Source of the DNA: Paraphysomonas bandaiensis
Lineage: Eukaryota; Protista; Chrysophyceae
Direction: 5' to 3'
NCBI GenBank assembly: GCA_965644295.1
Contig: CBFFRP010000096.1
Span: 62,001-126,000, forward strand
Length of the DNA stretch: 64,000 bases
The stretch's first letter is position 1, and every line of letters begins with the position of its first letter. A model generated the notes under the pieces. The model was not told the origin of the DNA, did not search any database, and saw only the letters and a program-made list of their open reading frames with translations. Of the stretch, positions 12,301-26,985 are shown piece by piece. The translations under genes were made by a program, and so were the position numbers.

Positions 12301-15300
12301 CCGAAACATTTGTTGAATATTTGAAGCGCCCGCTGAGCAGAAACTTTAGACTCCGGGTAGTTTCCTAATATCGCCAAGTTGGTTGCATGACCGATGGCGT
12401 ACAATCCAACGTCAGGATGTCCCTCTCCATAAGCAAGAGCAGTGACAGAGACAACCAAAGTATATAATACACCAGCGTCGTCATATCGCTCTTGCGCCCG
12501 GTAATTCTCTGCCAGACCGAATAGAGTTGGGCAAACAGCGACATGTGCTTCACCAAACAGTGGCTTTATGCACTGCAGGGCTTTTAAGTAGTTGACCTCA
12601 GCGCTGTCATAACGGCCTAACTCCCTTTCTACGTTCGCAATGTGTAAAAAGGAATCAGCCGACTTTGGATGGTCAGCTCCAAATATATCAGTTCGTATTT
12701 GGAGTGCAAGTTGAAAGTTAACCAAACTTTCTTCAAATCGACATTGATTTTGACGGAGACAGCCGAGGCCTACCAAAGACTCTGCGACAGAAGGGTGGCA
12801 CTCCCCAAACACGCGTTGTCTCATTGCAAGTGCACTGCCGTGTAGTTGGTCAGCATTGGAAAATTTTCCGAAAAGTCTGTAATTTTCGGCTTGACCGAAC
12901 ATAACATCTGCAATAGCGGGGTTATCGTGCCCCTGAAATATCTCATTGTACATCTTCGCAGATTTCAAGTACAGCTCTGCGGCAAGTTGATACTTTCCAT
13001 CTCTCCGAAGTGCTTCAGCTTGACCAAATAAGGATACCGCAACAGTCACATGCACGAATTCAGCCGGATCTACCACTGAATCTTGGCCTAAATCTCCCTC
13101 TGAGTCCCCAGTTTTTTTTGTAGACAGGAAAAGGCGCATTTTCATCGCAATTGCATGGCCAAAGTTGCGAAGTGCTTCTTTATTCTTACACTGGGCCATT
13201 CTCAGGTCCCCTTTTAAGCTGTAGCAGTCAGCTACAACCATGTGGTCTTGATCGTTTAATTTAGATCTCACAGTTTTTAACGCCAGTTGAATGCAGCTTT
13301 CAGCTTTATCGTATTTACCGAAAGCACTCCAAAATGATGCCATTGTGTTGTACGTTTCACCGATCTTCACTATGACGTCGAGATCAGAATGGGCTTTAAG
13401 TAGTCCAAGTCTTGCATCCAATACATATTGACACAACTCAAACCCTTCGTTGAACTTGCCAGTTTGGAACAGGACAATTACTTTACGGTACAAGCAATCA
13501 ACAACACTGTCATGTTTTTCACCAAGTAGCCGCTTCTTGATAGCAACAACTTTGTCAATATTTTCAGAGCTATCAAAGTATTCTCCCTCTAAACACAATA
13601 ATTCAGAATATCCTAGCAAAGCATCTCCATACTGAGCAGTTTCATTGTCTCCTGATACCTTTCTTAGGATATTAAGACTTCTTAAGTAAAAGTCTCTGGA
13701 ATCGGCAAGCCGACAGTGAATTCGTGCAATATCTGCCAGCCCATTTAAACACTCCCCCGCCATTGCGTATGAGAGGGTATCCTCCGGTCTGAATTCTGCA
13801 TCTGGCAGTCTCTCCAAAGTTTCCTCATAGTATCTCTTCGCTGCGTCATAAAGACGTTGTTTCATTTTCTCCCTCGCCTCCATGAGCTTCCTGTTAGCCT
13901 TTAGCTGAGCAGCATTTTTTGGCTCCGCGTCTTCAGGAATCTCAGTTGATGACGCAGAAATATGTTCTTGAAACTTTCGAAGCCAAGGGTGTTGGTGACC
14001 ATAACCGCGGGATTTGAAGTAATCAATGGCAATCGTCAGCCTGACAGTTCCAGCGGGTGCGTCGGAAAAATCAGCGCTCATGTTGGCGAACTCCTCGCTT
14101 AGACGTTTCTCTTCTGCCTCTCTGAACAATGCTCTTTGCTTGGTTGAAAGTCGCAATATGAAATCCCTCTTCCCTTCATCCTCTAATTTTTCTATTATTC
14201 CTATATTTCCTTCAATGTTCGCAATTGTAGGATGGTGAAAATCGTTTTGGTCGGGAAAAGTTTCCCTTAGCATTTCAATTGCAATGTTCATGTCTTCTAT
14301 TGCTTTCCTGTACCTATGATTTACGAAAACAGGAGTTTGGTCAACAGCACCATCATAACTATCAGTTGGGGGCTTTGGGGCTGTGTCAGTCGACGAAGTG
14401 GCATTGGCAGCAGGTCCCTCTATATCATCACTATCTGCTAATTTGACGGCCTCTTTGCCTCTGTCAAGAGGGATTTCTTCATCACCACCGTCACCAGCAC
14501 CTTCAACAAGGGATGCTTTAAGCAGAGCAATATTGTTTTTCAGCTCCGCAATAGCATAGTGCTTGGGGTCTCCAAGCTCCAGTCTAAGTTTCAAAGACTC
14601 ATTAAACTTTTCAAGCGCATCATGAAGTTTATTCTGCTGACGAAGAACAAGACCTAATGTATTGAGGGCATTAGCAATTGTCAAATGATCTTCGCTATAA
14701 AAATTTTTATTTGCTTTTAAAATCCGCTTGCACAATGTCGCCACTTCTTCCATATTTGAATCGCAATTAGAATCCAGATCAGCCTTGCCCTGCATACTTT
14801 TAACGAAGTCGGGATGATCTTTCCCGTAAGCATCACGTCTTATTTTCATGGCTTCTGCGTGAAGAGCACGAGCCTTTTCAAGCTGCCCATGAGAGCGTGC
14901 ACATTCAGCCTCTGCAAATCGAACATCAGCAAATTTAGGGTGATCGTGCCCAAAGAGTGGCTTTATGATTACATGGGCCATTTCATTATGCTGCTGCGCT
15001 TCCTCAAACTTCCCCATTACCCTCATACACTCCCCAACAAGCAGATGGTTATCTGCTACAACCGGATGGTTCGCACCTAACATATCCTCACGACATTTTA
15101 ATAGTTCCTCAAATTCGCCCAATGCTTCTCGAATGTGCCCCGCCTCCATCTGTAATTTTGCAATGCTGCAGCGACAATTGTACACAGTCGGATGATCTTC
15201 ACCAAGAAAGTTCACGAAAACTTCATAAGCGGCATCATATCGAGCCTGAGCTTCTTTCTGCTCGCCCATAACTGAGAAATATTCCGCCTGCTCGTACAGA

Positions 15301-17587
15301 GCGTTGGCGAAGTAGAGATGATCTTCCGAGATGATATTTCTCAGAACGACAAAAGCCTGATCGAGGCACGATTTCACCTCGTTGTGGTGTCCCCTGCCTC
15401 GCTTCGCCCTTGCCAAGAGCAGAGCTACATGTGCAGTCATAATATGTAAACTGCCCAGGTCTCCCTTGACTTTATTATTCAACCTATCAAGTTGACGGAG
15501 AGCTTCTGTCCACTTGCAATCTGCCACCAAAACCTTACACAGACCAAGCTCCGCCAAATAAGTATCCACACCCTCCACTCCCAACTGGATTTGATTCTTT
15601 TGAATCAACAGTGCCTCGGAGTACTTTGCCTTGGCTTCCACCAAATCTCCCAAGCAAAGAAAGCACTCCGCCCAACCGCACAGTGCAAAAGAAAGGGCAA
15701 GTTTGTCTCCCGCATTCTCAATATACAGATTGTGTGCCTGTGTGTATAATAACCGGGCTTCCGCATAGCACCCCAGCTCACGGGAGGCATCTGCGAGTCG
15801 ATAGAGTGCACGTAATGTCGAGTTGTGAGTAGGACCCTTGTTCGCAGAGAGGAAGTTATAGCATTGCTGAAACAGTACCTTTGCGCTGTTGAAATCACAC
15901 TCAACATCTAGCAGATGATTTCCCCGCTCGGTGAGAAAATCAGCTGGCCCACCAGAAGATGAATCTTCTGTTCCTCCTCGAGCGGTGCCTCTTGCAGAGC
16001 TCCCATCTTTACGGTTCGATATTACCTTATGGTTGTCGTAAAATAGATTCCTGATGTATGGAAACACATAAGGCATCATGGGGTTGAACGGTGTTCGAAA
16101 TGAGCGTTTTAGCTCGATGTGAACCATTTCCACACCATCCCCCGATGTTTCAAGCTACAAAAACGAAAGATCAGTCACAACCAATAAAAGTAATACTAAC
16201 GCACCTGAAAAGCAGCGCGCTCGTAAATAGTGATTCCGAGAGACCCCACACATGCCATAGTCACGGGGTCTTTTTCTCCATATAGTGTCTCGAATATGAA
16301 TATGGCCATGTGGTGATAATGAACCGCTAAATGATAGGCGTGTAGGCGTTTGTGAGCAACAGCGAGGAAGTGGCATGTTTCCCCAACAAGGGGGTGCACT
16401 TTACCACACTGTTCCTGTCGGAATCGTAGGCAGTCCATTAGAAGTGTACATGCTTTCTCCATGTCGCCCCCCTCCTCTGCAATCATCACTTTTGCCAGAG
16501 TCACCTCGGCATCCACAAGGGGATCACCGCCGTCGCGGTTGAGAGTTTCCTCCAGAGTAACAAGTTCCAATGCCTGTTCTCTAGCATTCACAAGCCTCCT
16601 CGTCATAAGGTTCGTCTCTGCAAGACCTCGAAGAGCCGTAGCCCGAATGATCCGTGTTTCACTTGAAGTGGCGGCCTTGGCGACTTTCTCATAGAAATCT
16701 CGGCTGTCATCCAGGCTGCCAGCCTCGCCACAGACTTTTCCTAATTGCAGCAAGGATTGAGCGCCTTTATCAGTAGATGCATCAAACTGTATAACCATTT
16801 TATTAGTGAGCAAACAAATTTACGGGCGGCGGTTCACCTGCGTGACTATAATCTTCTGTTGTAGCTCATCGGCCATTCTCTTGAACATCTCACCTTCTTC
16901 TTTGTTTTCTCGCGCAGCTGTTACAGTAATCAATTTCATCAGACATTGCAATTTCCCGATTTCTCCTTTTTCACCGAGTTTGGAATATTCTCCCATACCT
17001 TCCATTAGGTGCCTGTGTGCTCTGTCGAAGTCTTGTCGGGCATATGCCAACTGACCCTTAATACAGTGACAAGTACAAACAAGAAGATTCACACCACCAT
17101 CAGTACCATACGCATTGTTCATTCCTTCTTCCAATGTCTGCTCTGCCAAAGTCAGGTCACCATTCTCCATTGCCATCACAGCAAGCGCAACTGTAGCTTC
17201 TGCAATTTCGATACTGTCTCTTCGGTATCCGGCCTTTCGGAGAGAACTGATTATCTCCATTTGTGCTTTGTATCGTTTCCCATACTTTTCGATATGAGTG
17301 TCATTGGCTTCGCTGGGTTTGCGCTTTACTTTCAAGGTAACTTGGTCGATATTGAAGTTATCTGATGTGGAGAAGACGATATCAGCCTCTGACTTCACTT
17401 CTCTTCCGTCAACTGTCAAAATTTCATCACCGACTTGTAAGAATCCCAATTCAGCTGCCATACACGGCTCAATAAAGCCACATACATATAAGCCTCGCCC
17501 AACTACATGCTCCTCCCAATGAACACGCAGCCCAAGTAGACCCTGAGCTCTGGTGATGCTAAACTCAAATGTTTCTTCAGTTGCCAT
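9351..17587 (-). CDS. Giant (~2,700 aa) N-terminal PDZ + kinesin-light-chain/NPHP3-type TPR repeat protein
   Basis: PDZ signature LLGLRV...GLYVCGF...AAELGFLQVGDEILTVDG. Exons 17587-16838, 16786-16205, 16154-9351 join in frame. Dozens of ~42-aa TPR units of the G.DHP.VA.SLNNLG type; two stop-free 3n introns probably read through inside the long ORF. Confidence 0.85.
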
Positions 17588-18196
17588 AGTATGGTAACGA
17601 CACGATCAGCAAAGCTCCATTTCAACGCCTAAATATAAAACACGTTGAAGACTCGTACAAATCAGTCTCTCTGATTAGGATTGATTCCACTGCAATGAAA
17701 TCATCACAGAGCAGTAACGAAACTCTCGTACATATGAGCGATGGCAGATACACACACAGGCTCCATATACAGTTAAACTACATACATACATATACATACA
17801 GTACAGACATATACATATACATATATGTGTACAGAGCAGGCTGTATATGTGCATGTATATACGTGATGTGTAACTGAACAACACCAAACTACAGACGTAT
17901 CCATGAATACGCTCCCACCTACACTCGTACCTACCTACTGTACCTACCTACACATACGCATATATACAGCAGTACACACACACCTCCTGGTACGTACAGC
18001 AGACATCTTCATGTGCGGAATCGTCCGGATTCTTTCCAATACTCGAGAATGTCGCTTGTATATGATATCTAGATATGTACCGTATATACCACAGAGCATT
18101 GCACACGACAATCATCATTAACATTATCATCACTTTCTATATATCTAACTCACTCAAAACTGCTGTTTACACTTCCAATCTTACAACCTAACAACC

Positions 18197-19001
18197 ATGA
18201 AACTTGAAATAAGCGGATTCAAAATCCAGAATTTCTATAAAGATAATGAGTTTGAATGCGGTGAATATCAATATTACAGAGACATGGGTGGAAAGAAAAC
18301 AGGGGTGCAATTTACTGTTTTACTCAAGGATGACAATGGAAGGGTTGTTTTTGTTGAGGACTATGGTGCACCGGTAAAGTTCAAGTAAATATATCGAATT
18401 CATTCCTGACATGAGCTCTGTTCAGATAGAGTTAAATGTTACTTGCTTATACGAAGATGGCAGCAAGCCCAGCAGTGATGAAGTTATTGAAATTGATGGT
18501 AGAGTTTCTGTACGCTATATTAGTAGTACCGCAGCTGTTTTTAGAATTCGTTTCAACGAAATTTCTAAAAATCACAAAAATCGTAAATTTATCTTGCGAG
18601 TTCACTGTCCCGACCGACGAGATATTTTATCGGCGGATACCATGGGTATAGAAGTACTCACCAAATTCAAAGTGGATGACGGATCGGGCAAGCGGAAAAC
18701 GCTGCCAGAATCACCTGAACAACACGGCAAAAAGCAAAAAAGAGAAATTATGGCATCGCCGAAGAAACTGCGGCAAGGGAGTGATATGGCAGGGGACAGG
18801 ATTGACCACAGAGAAAACCGCCTTCTTCTATGTGGATTAGAATCATACCGAAACAATATATTAATGGAAGTTCGTCACAGTCTTCTGCAACGGAAAGGTC
18901 TTAATGTCGAAGAGAGAGAAATTTATACGCAAGAAATGAATGAAAAGCTAAACCGCATCACAGAAGTTCTAATGCTTGAAAACAAGTTAGCTAGTTCATA
19001 G
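18197..19001 (+). CDS. Putative CudA-like (STAT/p53-type Ig-fold) DNA-binding protein
   Basis: Two exons (intron ~18374-18426). YYRDMGGK...LLKDDNG...LYEDG...FRIRFNEISKNHKNRKFILRV...IEVLTKFK resembles the recalled pattern WYKDEGG...LLYE...RIEEVSKNH...VRSK; basic NLS-like KRK/KKQKR follows. Confidence 0.6.
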
Positions 19002-20310
19002 CAAGTTAAGTAAGCCATATAATGAAGCGCAGCACGTATGTGAAATAAATACGCATATGCTGTGCAGTGCAACTTTTTAATGTCTTGAAGTTAATTATTC
19101 GATAGTAGGTAATAAATGATGTTATAACAGAAGATTGGAATAAATTGTGTATAGCTAAGTAGCTAAGTATCGTGATGTATAGGTAGTATACGTGCACACA
19201 CGACATTGCAAAAACCTCGGGATATTTTATGTATTATTTCGCACATATGCACAAGTAGTAACTCAACTTTTAAGGTATGCTAAAATATTTCAAACGCCTA
19301 TAATGCTTCGAGGAGCGGGATAAATCTTATTCATTCAACCATTCTATGCAAACAAAACTGTAAGAAACCATCAGTGAACACTATCAAGGTGATACAAGAG
19401 TAAACACTATCATTTATTTCTGAGTCCATTATGTGCTCACTTCTTAAAATTATTTGTCTTTTTTACACTATTATAGACTCAATGAAGGGGCATTACACTA
19501 ATCCTATTCTTCCCATAATCTTGGGTGATTTATGCATCAACTTCATCAGGACTGCAGAATTTTCATTGGCTGGTAAATACTCAGCACTCTCCATAAGCTC
19601 ATCGATCTAGTGACGAACACTAAACGTATACTATCTCAACCTTGGCACAACCAACATCACAGTCATTGGGGTCACGCGGAATGTCGGGTTCTTCACAACT
19701 TCTGATGAGAGACATCTTAAGCAGCAAATCTCCAAACTGCTAGTCGATGCAGGTCATTGACGTAGGTACAATGACTTAAGTCTTTAACTCTCATTGAGCC
19801 AATTCTCAAGCATTAGAGTAGTTAGGAGTGTCCGTACAAACACAGGTCATAATAAATGTAAGAGCCCGTGACGACTGATGCATTAATACGTCAGCTTCCA
19901 AACTACGTAGAATACAAGGCCCCTTTTCTTTACCGCTAGAGGAGTGACCACTGAAGCAGTTGCTGCAACTACCTGGGTGCTTGTTATCTTATCTGGGGTG
20001 GATGATAGATCAATCCATATTATAACAGTTTCAGACAAAGAGTTGATGAGAGTATGTCCTCATTCGCAATAGTGTCACGTGCATTCATTCTCTTCTACTC
20101 TGCTGTGTGTTGAGTCGGAGTCCTTATGTACTAGTGTACTCTGTACTGCTGTATCGTCGACGTGTACAGCAGTACTGCTGTACTCTGTGTGATGTGCTGC
20201 AGTACGTGCGTACACTGGTGTTTCTTGTCGTCTATGATGTTATCCAGGTATCGTTCCCTGACAATAGATTCAAACATGCAACTGATTGATGAGCCGTCCT
20301 CTGTTCCCCG

Positions 20311-21244
20311 ATGACCCCCCTCCCCTTCTCCTTCTCTTTCCTTCTAGCGACACTATGGTTGCTGTTGCTACAGAGCATATGGTTGTGTGAATCCAAGTCA
20401 ACGAAGCACGACCTGCTGAAGACTGTAAAGGCATGTGTCGGTGACTCTCACTATGAGGGAACACATGGGTACTCCATTCAACAGCGAGAGGAGTTTGGAG
20501 TTAGTGTTTCTCGAGTGCTTGATGCCACTCATATGCAACAAGTGTTCAATCTCGCGAAGTGTGTTAAGAAAGTTCAACCAGACAGAAAATTCTTTAGGTC
20601 AGTTTGTGTGTTATTTCTTGTCGTAGAAGTCTTGACATACTCATAGGAGATTCAAAGGGTTAGAGGGTGGAAATACCGTGAATTATCTAGGCAGTTACTT
20701 GGTGAACATTTTGCCAAATGTCTATCGACGATTGCATGATGCCGTTCAGTTTTCCGCTAATCATATGCGATGGCCCGACAATGTCGATAATTTAGGTGTC
20801 CGCACCGTTGAATTTGTTGAATATGACCTTGGTGGTCGGTTTAAAACCCACCGTGACAAGAACTCTACATATACTATTGTTGTATTGCTGACAGAGCGGT
20901 CTAATTTTACAGGTCTAATATTTCTGTTTTGGCTGTACTGCTATGTCTTAATCAGAAGGATTTGATTATTTCTTTCAGGTGGTACTTTTGAAATAGAGGA
21001 TAGCACTGGAAAGAGCACAGAGATCTGGACTGAGCGGGGAGATGCAGTGGTGTTTCTGAGTGAGACGTACCACCGTGTGAATCCTGTAGAATCTGGGTCT
21101 CGCATTATTCTAACTGTAGAATATTGGAAATATGCGTCAGGGAGGTTTCATGAAAATAGAATCCTCATCGAGAACTCTCGTTCAAGACTTCCTTCGTTGA
21201 AGAAATGTAGAAGTATTGATCAGGACCCGCTTTTTATTCCTTAG
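20311..21244 (+). CDS. Secreted/ER 2OG-Fe(II) oxygenase (prolyl-4-hydroxylase-like)
   Basis: Hydrophobic signal peptide; HxD motif FKTHRDKNSTYTIVVLL, F.GG.F, distal H...R motif YHRVNPVESGSRIIL; three exons. Confidence 0.82.
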
Positions 21245-23127
21245 ACTCCTGGTATACCACTAACGTGTGCTATGGCACTATGATGACGAGTACGATGCCC
21301 GTATTATTATATATGTAGCTTTTTCTTAAACAAAAGGATTAACTACATGCAGCTATGAATCGATATGTGGTGGTTTCAGGTTTTGCACGTATCACCGTGT
21401 GTAGTGTGTATGCATCACGTTTTTATAACCCTGCGTACTGTACTGTTTATAATTGTTATTTCGAAAGTAGTAGAATAGATTCGAAATATATTTATTTCGA
21501 TATATAGATAACAGGGGCGCTGTGTTGGTTCTCTTTCGTGAAAAGTAAGCTAAGTTACTTCTTGAGACTCCTTTAGATGCTCTACAGCGTTCTCTAGTGT
21601 AGAAGCTCTCTTCTTTGTTAGAACTAGAACGCCCAACCACGGCAACGAGTACGGGAAAATATGATTTACATAGTAACACATAACTAACATATGTATTCAG
21701 AAGTATTAATCGCATCAAATAATATTCTATTACTTATCTCAGTTGTGTTTCGGTTTCTATTTGCGTACTTGATAATTGATATTGGCTTTTGAGCATTTTG
21801 TTGGTTTAGATCGTTAAAAAAAGAGTATTGCCTATGCAATAATAATATTATATATAACAATCATCGATCTAGTTTAACGACATAATGTTACTCTAAGCAA
21901 CAAATGTTCAAAAGCCAATTTTAGCATCAAACGATAGTAGATTGTAGCGATGACAAGAAACGTTTAGTAAGAAAATATTGTCATAGAAATAAAGTAATTT
22001 CAAAACTAAGATGAAGGTGGTGACCTCATTATTCTCTCACATATCAGCGTGTACTAGTGAAACATATAGCTAAGCTTAAGAGAAATTTAGACTTTGACTA
22101 CACAGTTAATTATTTCTCGAGCTGAACATACAATACACTATAAAATTAGTATTTAGCATTCTAGCAGCAATCACTTGATACACCTTCCGGAAGGTAAATA
22201 TTAAATGTTTTGTCGAGATGTGACAGTTCCTTTTCACATGGTCCGTCTGGAGTCTGAAGAGCCCATCATCGGACTTTAAAGACCCGTCGTGAGGATATGA
22301 TGCACCAAGTAGAGTGTTTAATGCGGTATCTAAAAATATATCGAGCTTGGTACGACGAGATTCGAATACAGCGTCTCTAAGTTTTATCAGTCTGTGTATG
22401 GGCATCGAAGCGGCATGTATGTGACTGAAATTGCCATCCGCATATGGCACTCTCTCCCATGCGCCTTCATAGAAGCAGGTTTCCATTGGCTCTGTCGGAG
22501 AAGCATGTCGGCATAAGCACTATATGCTCTCCATCAGTGCAGTTTATAGTCAATTATGCTGTAAGTGGTGTGTACAGGGGACTACACATCCATCTCCTCA
22601 TATAAACTAATTAACTGAACACTCTCTGAGACCGTACCCTGAGTTCTGTTCAGTAGAATGACTCACAAGAGATCGAATCATCAGAACAATAGACTGAATT
22701 CATACAGAGGGAAGATATGCAGTACACTCATACACATACAGCAGAACCTACATGTATATGTACGGCAGGACCCCATGCTGTACACGGTTTACCATATCCA
22801 GATATGATCCGCAGTGGTATATCATGCATATACAGTACCGTCGTATACGGCGGTACACTACTGCTATGTACAAGTGGAAGATCTAGCGTAGGTAATCACT
22901 GTATATATGAAGTTGGATATTTGACACTGTGTATGGTATGGTGTCGTGTATAGGTCTATACTGCTGTAGTACAGTGTGGAAGGTATACTGCTATACATAT
23001 ACATATATATATATATAGACCCACAAGAGAGCAGAGCACTGAGAGTGTATGCAGATCAATACTGATAGAGTAATAGAGTGTATTGTTTAATTTCTGAAGA
23101 GATTTAGCGTCTGATACATCATATCTA

Positions 23128-26100
23128 ATGGGTGGATCATCAAGTAGAGAGAGCTTTGATCAGATATTAGCTCGTCTGATCAGTGAGGATGTGGATCCTC
23201 AGGATCATGATTTCTGGGACGATATGTGGAAGACAACTCTCACAGTAGAGGTGCTTATATATGCATAGAGATATATAGACGTATCCCTCGATATCGTTAA
23301 TGTTATTGTGTGTGTGTTATTAGGATATCTTTCAGTTGATTACTCCTGATGCGGTTCGTAAGATCATACGGCAGAGGCCACTTAACCTGCAAACACTTTT
23401 CACTCAAGCTGTGGCTCAACTATACCAGGTACGTGATCAGAAACCTGGAAAGGCTATGTGACTGCTGCTGCAGGTGGTTGAAACCCCATACCCCGTGTAT
23501 TTTGATCAAGCATTGAATTGTGCTCGAATTCTGGCCCGGTTATTACCTTTCATGCTGGAGAGTAAGTCGAAAGCCATCATGGAACTTTTCTGGAACAAAC
23601 AGATAATCCCTAAATCGGCGATTCACGAGGATGATGGAACTGAACCCGGTAATGAATCTAAAAATGACTCGGGGCAGGAGGAGACTACGGAGGAACTACA
23701 AGAGACAGAGCCACTGGCGGTCATTTTGATCAACTCCGTGTTTCACCTTCTATTTTTACCAGGTCTTACCCTGTCTGTTATGTATATTTACATTTCATTA
23801 ATTTGTTCGTGTTATTAGATTTCACTATAGAGGACCCAAACATAGATTTTAACGAAGAAGATGTACGGACACAGGCATTCAAATCTGCCCTAATGTGGGC
23901 TCCTGGTGTGGGCAGCCGGGAGAAGGCAGTCGCAAACTCAACACAGTACGACAGGAATCGAATTGACATACTGCGCCTCATGATTGCTTCTTTTTCTGAT
24001 TCTCTCTACCAAAGTCCTGACTCCTATGACTCGTGTGCTAGCCTTTGGCTAGAAGTAGGTACTTCTGCTGAGGCTCCCTATGCTGAGATCGTCTTCTACT
24101 CCCTCATGAATGTCGTTCTCGGTGAGAAACTTTTGCGTCATCATGATGTGGTAATGTTCTCCCTGTAGGATATGATCCCGTTGGTTGGGGGCTGCCCTAT
24201 GGCAACTTGGTGAGTACCGACACTGCGAAACCTTTGATGGAAACTGCAGTGCAAGCGCTTATCATTCTCCTGGACTACGGACATCCGATAGGGACACCTT
24301 CACCAGCGTCCCCCAGAGATGCAGACCACGCAATGTCCCAGCCTGTGATGTATGTAGATAGTGAAGATGTAGACGCCCAGGGTTTCAATATATTTCGACG
24401 TCTCCTGAGTAGTATCGAAGCCACAGACCAGTTGAATTTTATTTTCCGTGGTTTCTCTCGTCTGCTAAACAATGTTCACCAAGCTCAGTGCACATACCTC
24501 CCCTACTCTGTCACAAAAATAGATATAGAGCAGGTGAGTTTGTCCGTGTATAGAAGCACTTTTAAACTAATAGACCTAGGAGCTGATGGTGCTGTTATGG
24601 AAGTGTCTTGAAGAGATACCGCGCTTCATGCCTTACGTACTAAGGTGAGAGGGTTAGCAAAAAGTGTGCTCTAATAGTTCTGTGAGCAGGAGCTGTGATG
24701 TGACTGAGCTACTGGTTCCCATCTGCTTTTTCATGTTGGAGGGGCGACGGGATCCCCCTCGTCTGGGTATGCTCTACTTGTGCACGTTCACTATACTGAA
24801 GCTCTCGGGCGAGAGGAATTTCGGCGTTGCTTTGAATAAACCCTATCAGCTGCGTCTTCCAGTAGACATGCCCCTCTTTTCCGGCAATCACGCAGATCTC
24901 CTTGTCATTGTACTGCACAAGTTAATTGTGAATGGTATTTATAATCCTGTCGTTATTGTCTCTTTTTACTCATATATCTGAAGGAATGGATAAGCTGTCG
25001 GCTCTGTACAACTGTTTCTTAACGATAATATGCAATATAAGTCCTTACTGTAAGAGTTTAGGGGCGGTGAGGTTAACGCACAGTCCGTATTATTCTTACT
25101 GTGGCATAGGTTGCATCTGTTAAGCTGGTTAATTTGCTTCAACTCTTTACATCTCCCCGATTTCTGTACGCTTCTGAAGGAAACCATGCATACGTCGCGT
25201 TGCTGTTAGAGACTTTTAACAATATCGTTCAATACCAATATGAGGGTGAGCTGTGTACTACATTTGCAACACATGTCACTTGTTATGTAGGGAACGTGAA
25301 TTTGGTGTATTCAATAGTCAGAAGGAGAGAGGTATTTGAAAGGCTAGCTGCACTGACTCTTCCCGCCGCTATAAAAGTAGCCGCTGTGAATAATGTGTAT
25401 ACGTATATAACTCTGTTGCTGCAGAATGCGACGGATCACGCAAAGAAGAAAACAGGTTCTTCATTAGTTTCTGAAGCATCAGCCACAGCGAATACAGCTG
25501 CTAAGGAAGGAACAAGCGCGGAGTCTTTACATGGCGACCCTACCGCTGCACCGACGGTGAGTTCTATCTGTTTTTCTGAAGCACTGTGCCGACTGAACGT
25601 TGCATCTGCAGGATTTGGTATCAACTCGGAAGATAGAGCGGCTTGCAGATGGCGATAGAGACGCCGATGGAAAGACTGAAGGTTCATCTGGGCCACCTGA
25701 AGAAGAAAGCGCGGACAATCGGATTCAAAACACTCCGTCAAGGTTCATACCAACTGAGGTTTATACACACTGTGGCGGTCAATGAAAGTCTTATTTTTCA
25801 TGTAGGCGTGGTTACAGTCTGTTAGAGCGGAATTACCACTTAACACTATAACAAGGTTGGTATACATGACAGTGCTATACATTATTACGATCGCTATGTA
25901 AATGGACGAAATATAGGCTGTTGAAGCACCTTGTTCCACAAGTGGAAGAACTCATTGGCCAAGGAAATGTCGTCGATGAAGCTCAGGTTCGAAATATATT
26001 TTTATACTACAGCTTTGATGTATATCTAGGTGATAGATTTCATTCAGCGCACTACGATGGTTGGTCTACTTCCCGTTCCTCACCCCATCGGTACGTTTCC

Positions 26101-26342
26101 ACCATAGAGCATTGAAATATATGACTAATCTCTTCTTTTCAACCCAAGTGATACGAAAGTATCAGCCGAATAAGTATACATCACTGTGGTTCACGGCTTT
26201 TATGTGGGGTGTCATATTTATGCACAACCAGGCAAGTTAATAGTCAGTATATGTTAGGTATTGCACTTACATTTTGCCGCAGACGATTCCTCTCTTTGAC
26301 GGTAAGACGGTGCGCTTATTCATGGTCCAGAGCAGTGACTAA
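23128..26342 (+). CDS. HID1: HID1/Ecm30 (dymeclin superfamily) Golgi protein, many exons
   Basis: Myristoylation-type start MGGSSSR; QALNCARILARLLPFMLE, WAPGVG, GYDPVGWGLPYG, KLSGERNFGVALNKP, ETFNNIVQYQYEGN, VGLLPVPHPIVIRKYQPN, LWFTAFMWGVIF. Confidence 0.93.
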
Positions 26343-26985
26343 TAGCAAGTCTAATCAGTTATCATTTCGAAATACACGGAATTTGTGTATATAGAAGTAT
26401 TTGGTAATAATATAGTTTGAAAACATGATTACTATATTAGGAATTAGGAATATATTACTTTGCTCGCTTTTCTAACTCAGAGGAGTGGTAACTAGTTTAA
26501 CTTGTACGGATAGCATCAAATAGGTTCTAATATTCTATCTCCTTAGCTTGCTTTACTTTTACTATCACTCGTGTCAAGCGATATTTCTACAGTGTTGCGA
26601 TGGTTGAAGTCAATTACAATTATTATTTGCTCTCTCAATTTCAATTATTGACAATAATGTTAGACCCTGGCATTTCGACATGATTGTTGGACAACTAAAC
26701 CTATAAAATATTGATAAAATAGAATATATGATGATATATTCACCCTCCTATAAGGTCGTGAAGTGTAGCAAATTTATTACTGAGTAAACACAAGTATGTC
26801 ACCTTTAGCTGTAACCATTGAAATTGACTTGGGGTTACCACTAAAAGAGTGCCTAGCTGGCTTCCAACCACTATAAATAAAAAGTTGATTCGGAAATATT
26901 ATACTATATGAACTGGGACCAAAATATTAGTTATTCAGAGCAGGATAAACCCCCAAATGGATACATCACATTAATCTGCATTCAA

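Noticed and set aside
22106-22486. 126-aa minus-strand ORF
   Set aside because: No recognisable motif or supporting exons; at most a gene relic
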